DNA of 64,000 bases, taken from positions 22,953 to 86,952 of the forward strand of contig JAZPXV010000015.1 of assembly GCA_045543795.1 (NCBI GenBank), given 5' to 3'. Position numbers and translations under genes: made by a program. Shown here in pieces: positions 16,911-26,943 of the stretch. The notes below the pieces were generated by a model. It was not told the DNA's origin. It made no database searches and saw only the letters and a list, made by a program, of their open reading frames with translations. Each line of letters opens with the position of its first letter. The first letter of the stretch is position 1. This DNA is from Tidjanibacter sp. GTDB taxonomy: Bacteria > Bacteroidota > Bacteroidia > Bacteroidales > Rikenellaceae.

Positions 16911-19226
16911 ATGAATTATTCACTTGGACAGATAGCCGAAATTTCGGGCGGCAGGCTCGTTGGGGCCGACATAGCCGTCAGGGGTGTAATGACCGACTCG
17001 CGCCACAGCTTTGCGGCCGACAGGATGCCCATATTTGTTGCCATTGAGGGTGTAAACCACGATGGTCACCGCTTCGTAGGCGACCTCTATCGCAGGGGCG
17101 TGAGGGCCTTTATGGTCGAGCACGATGTAGAGTTTGGACTCTACCCCGAGGCAGGCTTTGTGGTGGTACGCAGGTCGCTCGCCGCATTGCAGAAGCTGGC
17201 AGCCTACCACCGCTCGACTTTCAAGGGCAAGGTGGTGGCTATCACAGGCTCGACGGGTAAGACCACTATGAAAGAGTGGATAGCCCAGGCCGCACCCGAC
17301 GGTATGAGGGTGTTCCGCTCGCCCAGGAGCTACAACTCACAGTTGGGCGTGGCGCTGTCGCTGCTGATGATTGAGGGCACAGAGGATATGGCCGTAATCG
17401 AGGCTGGTATATCGAGGCCCGATGAGATGGCTCGCCTGGAGGCTATGATTAGGCCCGACATAGGCATCTTCACCGCCCTGGGCCACCAACACGACGAGAA
17501 CTTTATCGACTGGGGCCACAAGGCTGCCGAGAAGGCTGTACTGTTCAGCCGAGCCAAGTGTGTGGTTTACAACTCTACCAGCGAACACATAACCGATGCT
17601 GTGGCGGCCGTAAGGTGCAAGATTGGCGCGACCGACATATTGGGTATGGCCGAGGAGCTGTATGCCCTGCTGGGCTACGACCGCGCCGAGACCAAAGAGC
17701 GCCTCTCGGGGGCCGAGCCTGCAAATATGCGCCTCTCGCTGGCCGAGGGATTGGGCGGAGCGGTGGTGTTGAGCGACACGCACAACACCGACATCAACTC
17801 GTTGCGCATAGCCCTCGACGAGCTGAACGACGTGGCTGCCGACCGTCACAAGATACTGATACTCTCGGACATACTCTACAGCACCCTACCCGAGGGAATA
17901 CTCTACTCGCAGGTGGCCGAGATGTGCGCCCAGGCAGGCTTGAGCCGCTTTGTGGGCATTGGCAAGCGTATAAGCGCCCACAAAGACCTGTTTGACTCGA
18001 GCTACGACTTCTACTTCTCGGCCGACGAGTTTCTCAAGACTCTCACCCAGAACGACATCGAGCAGGCGGCCGTGTTGGTCAAGGGAGGCCCAATGTCGGG
18101 CTTCGACCGCATAGTTCACGCCCTGCTGCGCCAGAGCCACACTACGGTGTTGGAGGTCAATCTGTCGCAGATGGTGCGCAATCTGAATGTCTACCGCTCG
18201 CTGATGCCTGCAGGGAGCAAACTGGTGGCTATGGTCAAGGCGTCGAGCTACGGCCACGGCGACTACGAGATTGCCTCGGCGCTGGAGCACGAGGGTGTTG
18301 ACTACCTGGCAGTTGCATTTGCCGACGAGGGTGTACTGCTGCGCCAGAAGGGCATCACTATGCCCATTGTGGTGCTCAATGCCGATGCCGACAGCTTTAG
18401 GCTTATGACCTCATACCGCCTGGAGCCCGAGATATACAACTTTGCCTCGCTCGAGGCCTTCGCCGCAGCCGTTACCGCAGCAGGCGAAAACGACTACCCC
18501 ATACATCTGAAGGTCGATAGCGGTATGCACCGCCTGGGCTTCACGATGGAGGATGTCGAGAGGCTCAACGGCCGCCTGGCCGAGCTGAAAGAGCTGCTGA
18601 CCGTAAGGAGCATATTCTCGCACCTGGCCACAGCCGATGACCCTCAGCAGACCGACTTTGTGGCCACTCAACAACAGCGATTTGCCCAGGTTAGCGACGC
18701 CATAATGGCTTCGCTCGACTACCACCCACTGCGCCACCTCAACAACACCGCTGCCATAGAGCACTACCCCACCTCGGCCTACGATATGTGCCGTCTGGGC
18801 ATAGGCCTGTATGGCGTGGGGGCCGAGGGTGTTAGGCCCATTTCGAGGCTCACAACTCGAATTGTACAGATTAAGAAACTCGCCCAGGGCGAGAGCGTTG
18901 GCTATGGCCGCGCAGGGCAAATCGATACCCCCACGACCATTGCCACCATACCCATTGGCTATGCCGACGGATTGGACCGTAGGTTGGGTTGCGGAGGCTG
19001 GAGTGTGAGCATTGGCGGCAAGAGTGCCCCCATTGTTGGCCGCGTGTGTATGGACAGCTGTATGGTCGACGTAAGCGGCATAGATTGCAAAGAGGGCGAC
19101 GAGGTGGTAATCTTCGGTGGCGAGGCTGGCTCGGTCGAGCAGATGGCCGACAAGCTGGGTACCATCCCCTACGAGGTTATGACCTCTATATCGAGGCGCG
19201 TAAAACGCATCTACGTCAAGGAATAG
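16911..19226 (+). CDS. Bifunctional UDP-MurNAc-tripeptide--D-Ala-D-Ala ligase (MurF) / alanine racemase (Alr)
   Basis: 771 aa. The N-terminal half has the Mur ligase P-loop ITGSTGKTT. The C-terminal half has the Alr PLP site VKASSYGHG and YGRAG...PIGYADG. This fusion is common in Bacteroidetes. Confidence 0.9.
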   Translation: MNYSLGQIAEISGGRLVGADIAVRGVMTDSRHSFAADRMPIFVAIEGVNHDGHRFVGDLYRRGVRAFMVEHDVEFGLYPEAGFVVVRRSLAALQKLAAYHRSTFKGKVVAITGSTGKTTMKEWIAQAAPDGMRVFRSPRSYNSQLGVALSLLMIEGTEDMAVIEAGISRPDEMARLEAMIRPDIGIFTALGHQHDENFIDWGHKAAEKAVLFSRAKCVVYNSTSEHITDAVAAVRCKIGATDILGMAEELYALLGYDRAETKERLSGAEPANMRLSLAEGLGGAVVLSDTHNTDINSLRIALDELNDVAADRHKILILSDILYSTLPEGILYSQVAEMCAQAGLSRFVGIGKRISAHKDLFDSSYDFYFSADEFLKTLTQNDIEQAAVLVKGGPMSGFDRIVHALLRQSHTTVLEVNLSQMVRNLNVYRSLMPAGSKLVAMVKASSYGHGDYEIASALEHEGVDYLAVAFADEGVLLRQKGITMPIVVLNADADSFRLMTSYRLEPEIYNFASLEAFAAAVTAAGENDYPIHLKVDSGMHRLGFTMEDVERLNGRLAELKELLTVRSIFSHLATADDPQQTDFVATQQQRFAQVSDAIMASLDYHPLRHLNNTAAIEHYPTSAYDMCRLGIGLYGVGAEGVRPISRLTTRIVQIKKLAQGESVGYGRAGQIDTPTTIATIPIGYADGLDRRLGCGGWSVSIGGKSAPIVGRVCMDSCMVDVSGIDCKEGDEVVIFGGEAGSVEQMADKLGTIPYEVMTSISRRVKRIYVKE

Positions 19227-19227
19227 T

Positions 19228-19944
19228 ATGGCAAACTACGGTAAGATATATATGCTGCCCTGCCCCATTAGCGAGGGCAACCCTTATGACACTCTGCCCG
19301 AGGCAAATCGCGCTGTTATGGCCTCGATTGACTACTTTATAGTCGAGAATGTGCGCACCGCGCGACGCTTTCTATCGGCAGCCAAGATTGGCGTGGCTAT
19401 CGACTCGCTCGAGTTTGCCGAGTGTAGCGAGCACACCACAGCCGCCGACATCGAGCCCCTACTGGCCCCCGTACTTGCAGGGCGCAACTGTGGCATCATC
19501 AGCGAGGCAGGCCTGCCAGGCATTGCCGACCCTGGAGCCGACGTTGTGGCCGCCGCACAGCGCAAAGGCATTGAGGTGATACCCCTTGTGGGCCCTTCAA
19601 GCATACTTATGGCGCTGATGGCGAGTGGCCAGAATGGCCAGAGCTTTGCCTTCAACGGCTACCTGCCCATCAAGCCTGCCGAGCGCACCAAAGCACTCCG
19701 CCACTTCGAGCGCAGGGCACAGCAGGAGCGCCAGAGCCAGATATTTATCGAGGCCCCCTATCGCAACGTAAAACTGTTGGCCGATATGCTCGCCACTCTC
19801 TCGCCCGCAACCCTGCTGACCGTAGCAGCCGACATCACAGCCCCAGGCGAACTCATACGCACTCGCACCATTGCCGAGTGGCGCAACACCCCCACCCCCG
19901 ACATCCACAAACGCCCCACCATATTCATCCTGGGGGCGCAGTAG
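19228..19944 (+). CDS. SAM-dependent methyltransferase, tetrapyrrole-methylase fold (RsmI-related)
   Basis: 238 aa with ISEAGLPGIADPGADVV and GPSSILMALMASG motifs. Confidence 0.7.
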   Translation: MANYGKIYMLPCPISEGNPYDTLPEANRAVMASIDYFIVENVRTARRFLSAAKIGVAIDSLEFAECSEHTTAADIEPLLAPVLAGRNCGIISEAGLPGIADPGADVVAAAQRKGIEVIPLVGPSSILMALMASGQNGQSFAFNGYLPIKPAERTKALRHFERRAQQERQSQIFIEAPYRNVKLLADMLATLSPATLLTVAADITAPGELIRTRTIAEWRNTPTPDIHKRPTIFILGAQ

Positions 19945-20021
19945 GCATTGTCGCAACCCAGTAAACAGACCACAGACTACTCGCACGACAACAAAATAAA
20001 TAACTCAAAATACTAATAATT

Positions 20022-22151
20022 ATGAAGCTCAAACCACTATTCTACACTCTGTCGGCGGCAGCAATGTCGCTCGCAGCACTTCTATTTGTGCAGTGTACTC
20101 CTGTAGCTGAAAGTTTCCAGCTCGGCAACAGCTCGACCGTAATCCCCCTGACCGTCAAGCAGGGCACCACTGCCCACTTCCTCACTGACTACTATCCCCA
20201 GTGGGAGGGGGCTACAAAGCTGACAACCAGCGACGAGCGACTGCAGCTCAACCCCACCACCGACAACTGGGAGCAGTTTGAAATAACCACCCAGAGCGAT
20301 GTGATGGTATCGACCATAGAGGTATGGCACAACGAGGCAAAACTGTCGATTGTAGTGCTGGGTGGCCAGCGCGACACCGAGGGCAGCTATATGTCATCCA
20401 CCAATATCAAAGGTGGCAACATCACCGTTTGGGCCTCGAAGCCCGTAGTAGAGGCCGTAGCAATGTGGCAGAACGAGGTGATTGAGGATGTAAAAATCGA
20501 GGGCAACACTATCGAGGTTGCCATCCCCAGCGTAGCCAAGAAGCACCAGCGCTCGGCTGTCCGCATCTTTGCCGCCTCGGAGGATGGTCGCTTCAACGAC
20601 GTACTCCTGCCCCTCGAGTATGGCAAGGTGGTGGTCGATGCCGAGGATATCCGCCGCCAGGACTTCCAGTCGCAGATTCTCTACTCGCTGATGATTGACC
20701 GTTTCAATAACGGCACCACCGCCAATGACTGGAAAATCAACTCGCCCGAGGTGTTGGACAAGGTTGACTACCAGGGTGGCGACATTGTGGGTATCACCCA
20801 GAAGATTGAGGATGGATTTTTCAACGACCTGGGTATCACGACCATTTGGATTTCGCCCATCACCCAAAACCCCTACGATGCGTGGGGCCAGAACCGCAAC
20901 CCCGACACCAAATTCTCGGGCTACCACGGCTATTGGCCCATCTTTAGCACCGTTGTAGACAAACGCTTCGGTACCGACGAGGAGCTCCGCACAATGCTTG
21001 CCGAGGCACACGATAGCGAGCTGAACGTCATCCTCGACTATGTGGCCAACCACCTGCATATCGACTCGCCCGTACTGAAAGAGCACCCCGACTGGACAAC
21101 CGACCTGATGCTGCCCGACGGCCGCAAGAACATTGGTCTGTGGGATGGCGAGACACGCCTTACCACCTGGTTTGACGAGCACATCCCCACCCTCGACACT
21201 CGTCGCAATGAGGTGTGCGAGCCTATGACCGACTCGGCTCTCGTTTGGGTGCGCAAGTTCGACTTCGACGGCTTCCGCCACGATGCTTGCAAGCATATTC
21301 CGCTGAACTACTGGCGTATGCTCACCCACAAGATGAAGTCGTCGATGCCCGACCGTCAGCTCTGGCAGATTGGCGAGACCTATGGCGACGTTGAGCTCAT
21401 TGGCTCGTATGTAAAGAGCGGTATGATTGACTCGCAGTTTGACTTCAACCTCTACCACACCTCGCGCGATGTGATTATTGATGAGAGTCGCTCGATGCGC
21501 GACATTGCAAAGGCAGTAGAGGAGGCCGAGGCTGCCTATGGCTCGCACCACACAATGGGTAACATCACCGGCAACCACGACAAGGCTCGCTTCTTGTCGC
21601 TGGCTGGTGGCGACTTGACGCTCCAGAATGGCGACGACAAGTCTATTGGTTGGAATCGCAAGGTGGTTGTGGGCGACAATGTGAAGGGCTATGCTCGCCT
21701 GTCGCTGCTGAAGGCCATTATTTCGACCGTACCAGGCGTACCCTGCGTATACCAGGGCGACGAGTATGGCATACCTGGTGGCAACGACCCCGACAACCGC
21801 TATATGATGGAGTTCGACGGCTACAACGAGTTCCAGCAGGCAGAGCTTGCAGCCACCAAGGCGATGTTTAAGTATCGCCGCGCTTCGATGCCTCTGATGT
21901 ATGGCGACTACCGCACCCTGTATGTCGATGACGACGTGTTTGTATTCCTGCGCCACTATATGGGCCAGTGGGCTGTTGTTGCCCTCAACATCCGCCCCGA
22001 AGCTCGCCAGGTGGAGGTAGCTATGCCCGAGTTCGTTGGGGCCAAGAGCGCCCAGGTAGCTCTGTCGACCGAGGGCGGCAAGGCTTTGCTCGAGGGTGGC
22101 AATCTGAGCATCGACATCCCCGCATACGGATATGTAATTGTGAACAAGTAA
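20022..22151 (+). CDS. GH13 alpha-amylase family glycoside hydrolase with N-terminal accessory domains, lipoprotein
   Basis: Lipobox LLFVQC. GH13 regions are DYVANH, GFRHDACKH, WQIGETYG and TGNHDKARF. Confidence 0.85.
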   Translation: MKLKPLFYTLSAAAMSLAALLFVQCTPVAESFQLGNSSTVIPLTVKQGTTAHFLTDYYPQWEGATKLTTSDERLQLNPTTDNWEQFEITTQSDVMVSTIEVWHNEAKLSIVVLGGQRDTEGSYMSSTNIKGGNITVWASKPVVEAVAMWQNEVIEDVKIEGNTIEVAIPSVAKKHQRSAVRIFAASEDGRFNDVLLPLEYGKVVVDAEDIRRQDFQSQILYSLMIDRFNNGTTANDWKINSPEVLDKVDYQGGDIVGITQKIEDGFFNDLGITTIWISPITQNPYDAWGQNRNPDTKFSGYHGYWPIFSTVVDKRFGTDEELRTMLAEAHDSELNVILDYVANHLHIDSPVLKEHPDWTTDLMLPDGRKNIGLWDGETRLTTWFDEHIPTLDTRRNEVCEPMTDSALVWVRKFDFDGFRHDACKHIPLNYWRMLTHKMKSSMPDRQLWQIGETYGDVELIGSYVKSGMIDSQFDFNLYHTSRDVIIDESRSMRDIAKAVEEAEAAYGSHHTMGNITGNHDKARFLSLAGGDLTLQNGDDKSIGWNRKVVVGDNVKGYARLSLLKAIISTVPGVPCVYQGDEYGIPGGNDPDNRYMMEFDGYNEFQQAELAATKAMFKYRRASMPLMYGDYRTLYVDDDVFVFLRHYMGQWAVVALNIRPEARQVEVAMPEFVGAKSAQVALSTEGGKALLEGGNLSIDIPAYGYVIVNK

Positions 22152-22172
22152 TAATCTAAATACCAACAAATT

Positions 22173-23570
22173 ATGATGAAGAAATTATTTGCGCTGGTCG
22201 CCCTTGTTGCGACCCTGATGAGCTGCGGTGGTGCACAGACCGAAAGCACATCGACCTTCGACAAGTTCAACTCTGTTGTCTATGAGCTGAATGTTCGCCA
22301 GGCAACCGAAGAGGGTACCTTTGCAGCTGCCGAGGAGTATCTGCCCGAGCTCAAAGCTATGGGCGTAGACATCGTGTGGCTTATGCCTATCAGCCCCATT
22401 GGCGTTGACGGTCGCAAGGGCACTCTGGGCTCGTACTACTCGATTATCGACTACAAGGCCATCAACCCCGAGTTTGGTACTATGGAGGACTTTGACCACT
22501 TCCTGGCCACCGCTCACGAGCTGGGCCTGAAGGTCATTATCGACTGGGTTGCCAACCACACCTCGCGCGATGCAAACTGGTGGAAAGAGGGCAAGAAGGA
22601 TTGGTATGTGCTTGACCAGAAGACAGGTCTGCCCATTGTCGAGTATGACTGGACCGACATTGCAAAACTCAACTACAAGAATGAGGATATGCGTGCTGCA
22701 ATGCTCGACGCCATCAAATTCTGGATTGAGAAGGGCGTTGATGGCTACCGTTGCGACGTTGCAATGAACGTGCCTGCCGACTTCTGGAAGAAGGCTTGGG
22801 AGGAGGTTCGCAAGATTAACCCCGACGTATATCTGCTTGCCGAGGGCGAGGAGACCTGGCTGCACGAGTGTGGCTTCGACGCCACCTACGCTTGGGAGCT
22901 GCACCACATCTTCAACGCTATGGCCAAAGGCGGTAGCGAGACCAAAAATGTGGCTGGCGACGGCACCATCAAGACCAATGCCAAGACCGTCAAAGACCTC
23001 AAAGAGTATATGGAGCGCGACGACCAGAAGTATCCTGCCCCCGCAATGCGCCTGATGTTCACCTCAAACCACGATGAGAACTCGTGGGCAGGTACCGAGT
23101 TTGAGCGTATGGGCGATGCCCACAAGGCTCTGGCAGCACTCACCTTTGTTATGCCCAAGTCGCAGCCCCTTATCTACACTGGCCAGGAGATTGCCCTGGG
23201 CCGCCGCTTGCAGTTCTTCGAGAAGGACTCGGTGAAGGAGCTTGTTGACCTCGAGTACGGCAAAGAGTACCGCAACTTCTACCGCACCCTCTGCTCGTTC
23301 CGCCACGCAAACAAGGCCCTGGCAGCTGGTGCCGATGTAGCCCCCGTAGAGTTTGTAGAGGGTGTAGGCGAGAACGTGTTGGCATTCTCGCGCCAGAAGG
23401 AGGACAACACCGTGCTCTGCCTGTTCAACTTCTCGGCCGAGCCCACCACCGTTACCCTCACCGAGGCCGAGGCTGGCGACTACACCTGCGCTTGTGGCCA
23501 GGCTAAGAGCTTCAAGGCTGGCGACACAGTAGAGCTTGCCGCCTGGGGCTTTATGCTGCTGGCAAAGTAG
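22173..23570 (+). CDS. GH13 alpha-amylase, lipoprotein
   Basis: Lipobox LMSCGG. GH13 regions are DWVANHTS, DGYRCDVAMNVP, LLAEGEE and FTSNHDENSW. Confidence 0.85.
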   Translation: MMKKLFALVALVATLMSCGGAQTESTSTFDKFNSVVYELNVRQATEEGTFAAAEEYLPELKAMGVDIVWLMPISPIGVDGRKGTLGSYYSIIDYKAINPEFGTMEDFDHFLATAHELGLKVIIDWVANHTSRDANWWKEGKKDWYVLDQKTGLPIVEYDWTDIAKLNYKNEDMRAAMLDAIKFWIEKGVDGYRCDVAMNVPADFWKKAWEEVRKINPDVYLLAEGEETWLHECGFDATYAWELHHIFNAMAKGGSETKNVAGDGTIKTNAKTVKDLKEYMERDDQKYPAPAMRLMFTSNHDENSWAGTEFERMGDAHKALAALTFVMPKSQPLIYTGQEIALGRRLQFFEKDSVKELVDLEYGKEYRNFYRTLCSFRHANKALAAGADVAPVEFVEGVGENVLAFSRQKEDNTVLCLFNFSAEPTTVTLTEAEAGDYTCACGQAKSFKAGDTVELAAWGFMLLAK

Positions 23571-23587
23571 GCTTTTCATCCAATGGC

Positions 23588-23626
23588 AAAAAAAGGAGTA
23601 GAACTTGACAGGTTCTACTCCTTTTT
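23588..23626. terminator. Bidirectional terminator after the second amylase gene
   Basis: AAAAAAAGGAGTAGAAC-TTGACAG-GTTCTACTCCTTTTT. Confidence 0.75.
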
Positions 23627-23653
23627 GCATATCCGAGTATTGGTTTACGGTGT

Positions 23654-23691
23654 CTTTTAAGTGGCTTAAAGCCCTTAAGGCCCTTAATGAC
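23654..23691. repeat. 9-bp CTTAARGNC tandem array, locus 1
   Basis: CTTTTAAGTGG CTTAAAGCC CTTAAGGCC CTTAATGAC. Confidence 0.85.
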
Positions 23692-23713
23692 TTTTGGTCG
23701 GTAGAGCGCACAC

Positions 23714-23751
23714 AAAAAAGCCCGATGCAGTTGGTTTGCATCGGGCTTTTT
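23714..23751. terminator. Bidirectional terminator (GCCCGATGCA-stem family) downstream of the second dcp gene
   Basis: AAAAAAGCCCGATGCA-GTTGGTT-TGCATCGGGCTTTTT. The same stem sequence recurs at 42252-42290. Confidence 0.8.
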
Positions 23752-23768
23752 GTACTGAAATGTAGCTA

Positions 23769-25907
23769 CTATTTCTCCTCGGGGGCAGCAACCTCCTCGG
23801 GGGTGACAAAGCCACGCGAAATCATCAGCGCATCGCGACTGGGGTCGGCACCGCGGAAGTCGCGGTAGAGGCTCATACCATCTTTCATACCACCCATCTC
23901 CAGCAAAGTGCGGAATCGGGCCGCAGTCTCGCGGTCAAACAGGTTGCCAGTCTCGACAAACGCCTGGTAAGCATCTTTGTCGAGCACCTCGGCCCATATA
24001 TAACTATAGTATCCCGACGAGTAACCACCATCGAAGATGTGCGAGAAGTAGGTGTAGCGGTAGCGAGGCGCAATCTCCTCAATCAGGCCACGCTGCTCGT
24101 TGAGCACCTTGCGCTCAAAGGCGTTGATGTCGATAGGCTCGGTTACGGCCAAGTTGTGGATATCGAGGTCGCTCAGCGAGGCTGCCAACAGCTCGGTGGT
24201 CATAAAGCCCTGGTTGAAGAGGGCGCTCTTCTGGATACGCTTAATCAGGTGGTTGGGAATAACCGAGCCATTCTGGTAGTGGAGTGCATAGGTCTTGAGC
24301 AACTCGGGCTCCATTGCCCAGTTCTCCATAATCTGGCTGGGGAGCTCAACAAAGTCGCGCTCAACACCACTCAAGCCCTTATAGGGCACCTGTGCAAAGA
24401 GGTTGTGCAGGGCGTGGCCAAACTCGTGGAAGAAGGTCTCTACATCGTCAATCGACAGCAGCGAGGGAGCCTTGCCCACAGGGCGTGGGAAGTTGCAAAC
24501 TACGGTAACTACGGGGGTTACGCGCTTGCCGTCCTTGATGCTCATATCTACATAGCTGCCGCACCAAGCGCCAAAGCCCTTGCCTGGACGTGGGTGGAAG
24601 TCGAAGATAACAACGCCCAGGGTGGTGCCATCGGCATCAAACACCTGGTAGGCGCTACACTCGGGGTTGTAGACGGGCACCTTGGCAGGGCTAAATGTGA
24701 TGCCATAGAGGCGGTTGCAGAGGCCAAACACACCCAGGCGGACATTGTCGAGCGAGAAGTACTGGCGGATGCTCATCTCGTCGAGGCTGTAGCGCTGCTT
24801 GCGCAGTTTCTCGGCATAGAACCACCAATCCCACGACTGGAAGGGGGCGTCACCCAGGTCGCTCTTGGCGAGTTTTTTCATATCCTCGAGCTCCTGCTTG
24901 GCCGTCTCAAGTGCGGGGCCCCAAATGCCGTCGAGCAGTTCGTAGACAGCCTCGGGGGTTTTGGCCATAACATCGTCGAGCACAAACTGTGCGTGGGTGT
25001 CGTAGCCCAGCAGGTTGGCCCTACGGGTACGCAGAGCAAGCAGGGTATTGATAACCTCTTTGTTGTCGTTCTTGTCATCGAGGTTACACTTGGTCAGGTA
25101 GCCAGTGTAGAGCTTCTCGCGTAGGTCGCGCTCCTTCGAGTAGGTCAGGAAGGGAATCATACTGGGCTTGCTCAAGTCGAAGAGGTACTTATCGGTGTAA
25201 CCCTTTGCCTCGGCAGCCTCGCTGGCTGCGGTGCGCACGCTCTGGGGCAGTCCGTTGAGCTGGTTGGCCTCGAGCACCATCTCAAACTCGGCATTGGCTG
25301 CGAGCAGGTTTTTGGCATACTGCACGCCTGCCTCGGAGAGCTTCTGGTTAATCTCGGCGAGCTCTTTCTGGTCGGCCTCCGACAGGTTGGCACCCGAGCG
25401 CTCAAAGCTCTTGTAGGTCTTCTCTACCAGGCGGAGCTGATACTCGTCGAGCCCTGCATTTTTGCGGCCCAAGTAGACCTTTTTGACACGTTTGAACAGT
25501 TCGGGATTCATCATAATCTCATCGCTGTGTGCCGAGAGCATAGGGCTCACCTTGCTCTGAATCTTCTGCATCTGCTCGTTGGTATCGGCCTCTGCCACCA
25601 GGAAGAAGCAGTTGCTCACACGACTGAGCAGTTCGCCTGCATTGTCGAGAGCCAGGATGGTATTCTCCCAAGTGGGCTCGTCGGGGTTGTTGACGATGGC
25701 CTTAATCTCCTCTTTGTGGGCCTTCATTGCGGCCTTAAAGGCGGGCATATAGTCATCGAGCTCGATTTGGTCAAATGGGGGCACACCCAGGGGGGTGGTC
25801 CACTCGGCCAGCAGGGGGTTCTCGCGCGAGGCCGAGCCACCCTCGTTAGTACACGAAATTGTCATAATCGCAATCAGTGTGGTCAGTAATACGAATGTTT
25901 TCTTCAT
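23769..25907 (-). CDS. dcp: M3 family peptidyl-dipeptidase (Dcp-like paralog), lipoprotein
   Basis: 712 aa with lipobox MTISC and HEFGH motif (FFHEFGHALHN). It is collinear with the 14734-16830 product but clearly diverged from it. Confidence 0.85.
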   Translation of the reverse strand: MKKTFVLLTTLIAIMTISCTNEGGSASRENPLLAEWTTPLGVPPFDQIELDDYMPAFKAAMKAHKEEIKAIVNNPDEPTWENTILALDNAGELLSRVSNCFFLVAEADTNEQMQKIQSKVSPMLSAHSDEIMMNPELFKRVKKVYLGRKNAGLDEYQLRLVEKTYKSFERSGANLSEADQKELAEINQKLSEAGVQYAKNLLAANAEFEMVLEANQLNGLPQSVRTAASEAAEAKGYTDKYLFDLSKPSMIPFLTYSKERDLREKLYTGYLTKCNLDDKNDNKEVINTLLALRTRRANLLGYDTHAQFVLDDVMAKTPEAVYELLDGIWGPALETAKQELEDMKKLAKSDLGDAPFQSWDWWFYAEKLRKQRYSLDEMSIRQYFSLDNVRLGVFGLCNRLYGITFSPAKVPVYNPECSAYQVFDADGTTLGVVIFDFHPRPGKGFGAWCGSYVDMSIKDGKRVTPVVTVVCNFPRPVGKAPSLLSIDDVETFFHEFGHALHNLFAQVPYKGLSGVERDFVELPSQIMENWAMEPELLKTYALHYQNGSVIPNHLIKRIQKSALFNQGFMTTELLAASLSDLDIHNLAVTEPIDINAFERKVLNEQRGLIEEIAPRYRYTYFSHIFDGGYSSGYYSYIWAEVLDKDAYQAFVETGNLFDRETAARFRTLLEMGGMKDGMSLYRDFRGADPSRDALMISRGFVTPEEVAAPEEK

Positions 25908-25940
25908 AGTTATTTTTGGTATATTGATTAGTTGTCAATC

Positions 25941-26795
25941 TTATGCCCTAATCTTGGCAATAAGTCCCTGAAGCACAGCGCCTGGGCCGAGTTCAACAAA
26001 CTCTTCGGCGCCGTCGACCAGCATAGCCCTCACGCTCTGTGTCCACCTTACGGGCGAGGTGAGCTGGGCCACCAGATTGGCCTTAATTTCCTCGGGCGAG
26101 GTGTGGGGTTTGGCGTCGACATTTTGGTACACGGGGCAGCGTGGGGTGTGGAACTCGGTCTGCTCTATTGCCTCGGCCAACTTAACCCTTGCCGACTCCA
26201 TACAGGGCGAGTGGAAACCTCCGCCAACAGCCAGTGGCAGAGCACGCTTGGCCCCCGCCTCTTTGGCCTTCACCGAGGCCTCTTTAACAGCCTCGATGGT
26301 ACCCGAAATAACCACCTGTCCAGGGCAGTTGTAGTTGGCAGCCACAACACCCTCAATGCCGCTGCAAACCTGCTCGACAGCCTCATCTGGCAGGCCCAAT
26401 ACGGCTGCCATAGTCGAGGGCACAGCCTCGCAAGCGGCCTGCATAGCCAGCGCACGGGCATAGACCAGTCGCAGACCTGCCTCGAAGTCGATTGCACCCG
26501 AGGCTACCAGGGCACTGAACTCGCCAAGCGAGTGGCCTGCCACCATATCGGGACAGAACTCGTCGCCCAGGGCTACTGCGGCTGCCACCGAGTGGATAAA
26601 TACCGCAGGCTGAGTGACTTTGGTCTGGCGCAACTGCTCATCGGTGCCACCAAACATAATATCGCTAATCTTGAAGCCCAAGACTTCATCGGCTTTGTCA
26701 AAAAGTGCTTTTGCGGCGGGGCTGCTCTGGTAGAGGTCGTGGCCCATGCCGCTGAATTGTGCCCCTTGTCCAGGGAAAACAAATGCTTTTTTCAT
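25941..26795 (-). CDS. fabD: ACP S-malonyltransferase
   Basis: 284 aa with FPGQGAQ and active-site GHSLGEFSA motifs. Confidence 0.92.
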   Translation of the reverse strand: MKKAFVFPGQGAQFSGMGHDLYQSSPAAKALFDKADEVLGFKISDIMFGGTDEQLRQTKVTQPAVFIHSVAAAVALGDEFCPDMVAGHSLGEFSALVASGAIDFEAGLRLVYARALAMQAACEAVPSTMAAVLGLPDEAVEQVCSGIEGVVAANYNCPGQVVISGTIEAVKEASVKAKEAGAKRALPLAVGGGFHSPCMESARVKLAEAIEQTEFHTPRCPVYQNVDAKPHTSPEEIKANLVAQLTSPVRWTQSVRAMLVDGAEEFVELGPGAVLQGLIAKIRA

Positions 26796-26834
26796 CTCTC
26801 AAAAAATTATTTTACGCGAATGCAAATATACAAA

Positions 26835-26925
26835 TTGAAATCGAAAGTCGAAACACGCCACCAAATTATGCTCGCGGAGGCCAAAAAAATGGTGCAAAGT
26901 AGGGCTTTCGATTTTCGATTTCGAT
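26835..26925. repeat. Inverted repeat built from TCGAAA-type 6-7-mers in the fabD/plsC divergent spacer
   Basis: The left arm TTGAAATCGAAAGTCGAAA (26835-26853) matches the reverse complement of the right arm TTTCGATTTTCGATTTCGA (26907-26925) with 2 mismatches. The spacer is 53 bp. Confidence 0.8.
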
Positions 26926-26935
26926 TAAAAACACC

Positions 26936-26943
26936 TATATTTG
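26936..26943 (+). promoter_or_regulatory. -7 promoter element (TAtaTTTG) upstream of plsC
   Basis: TAnnTTTG match about 80 nt upstream of the ATG at 27024. Confidence 0.45.
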
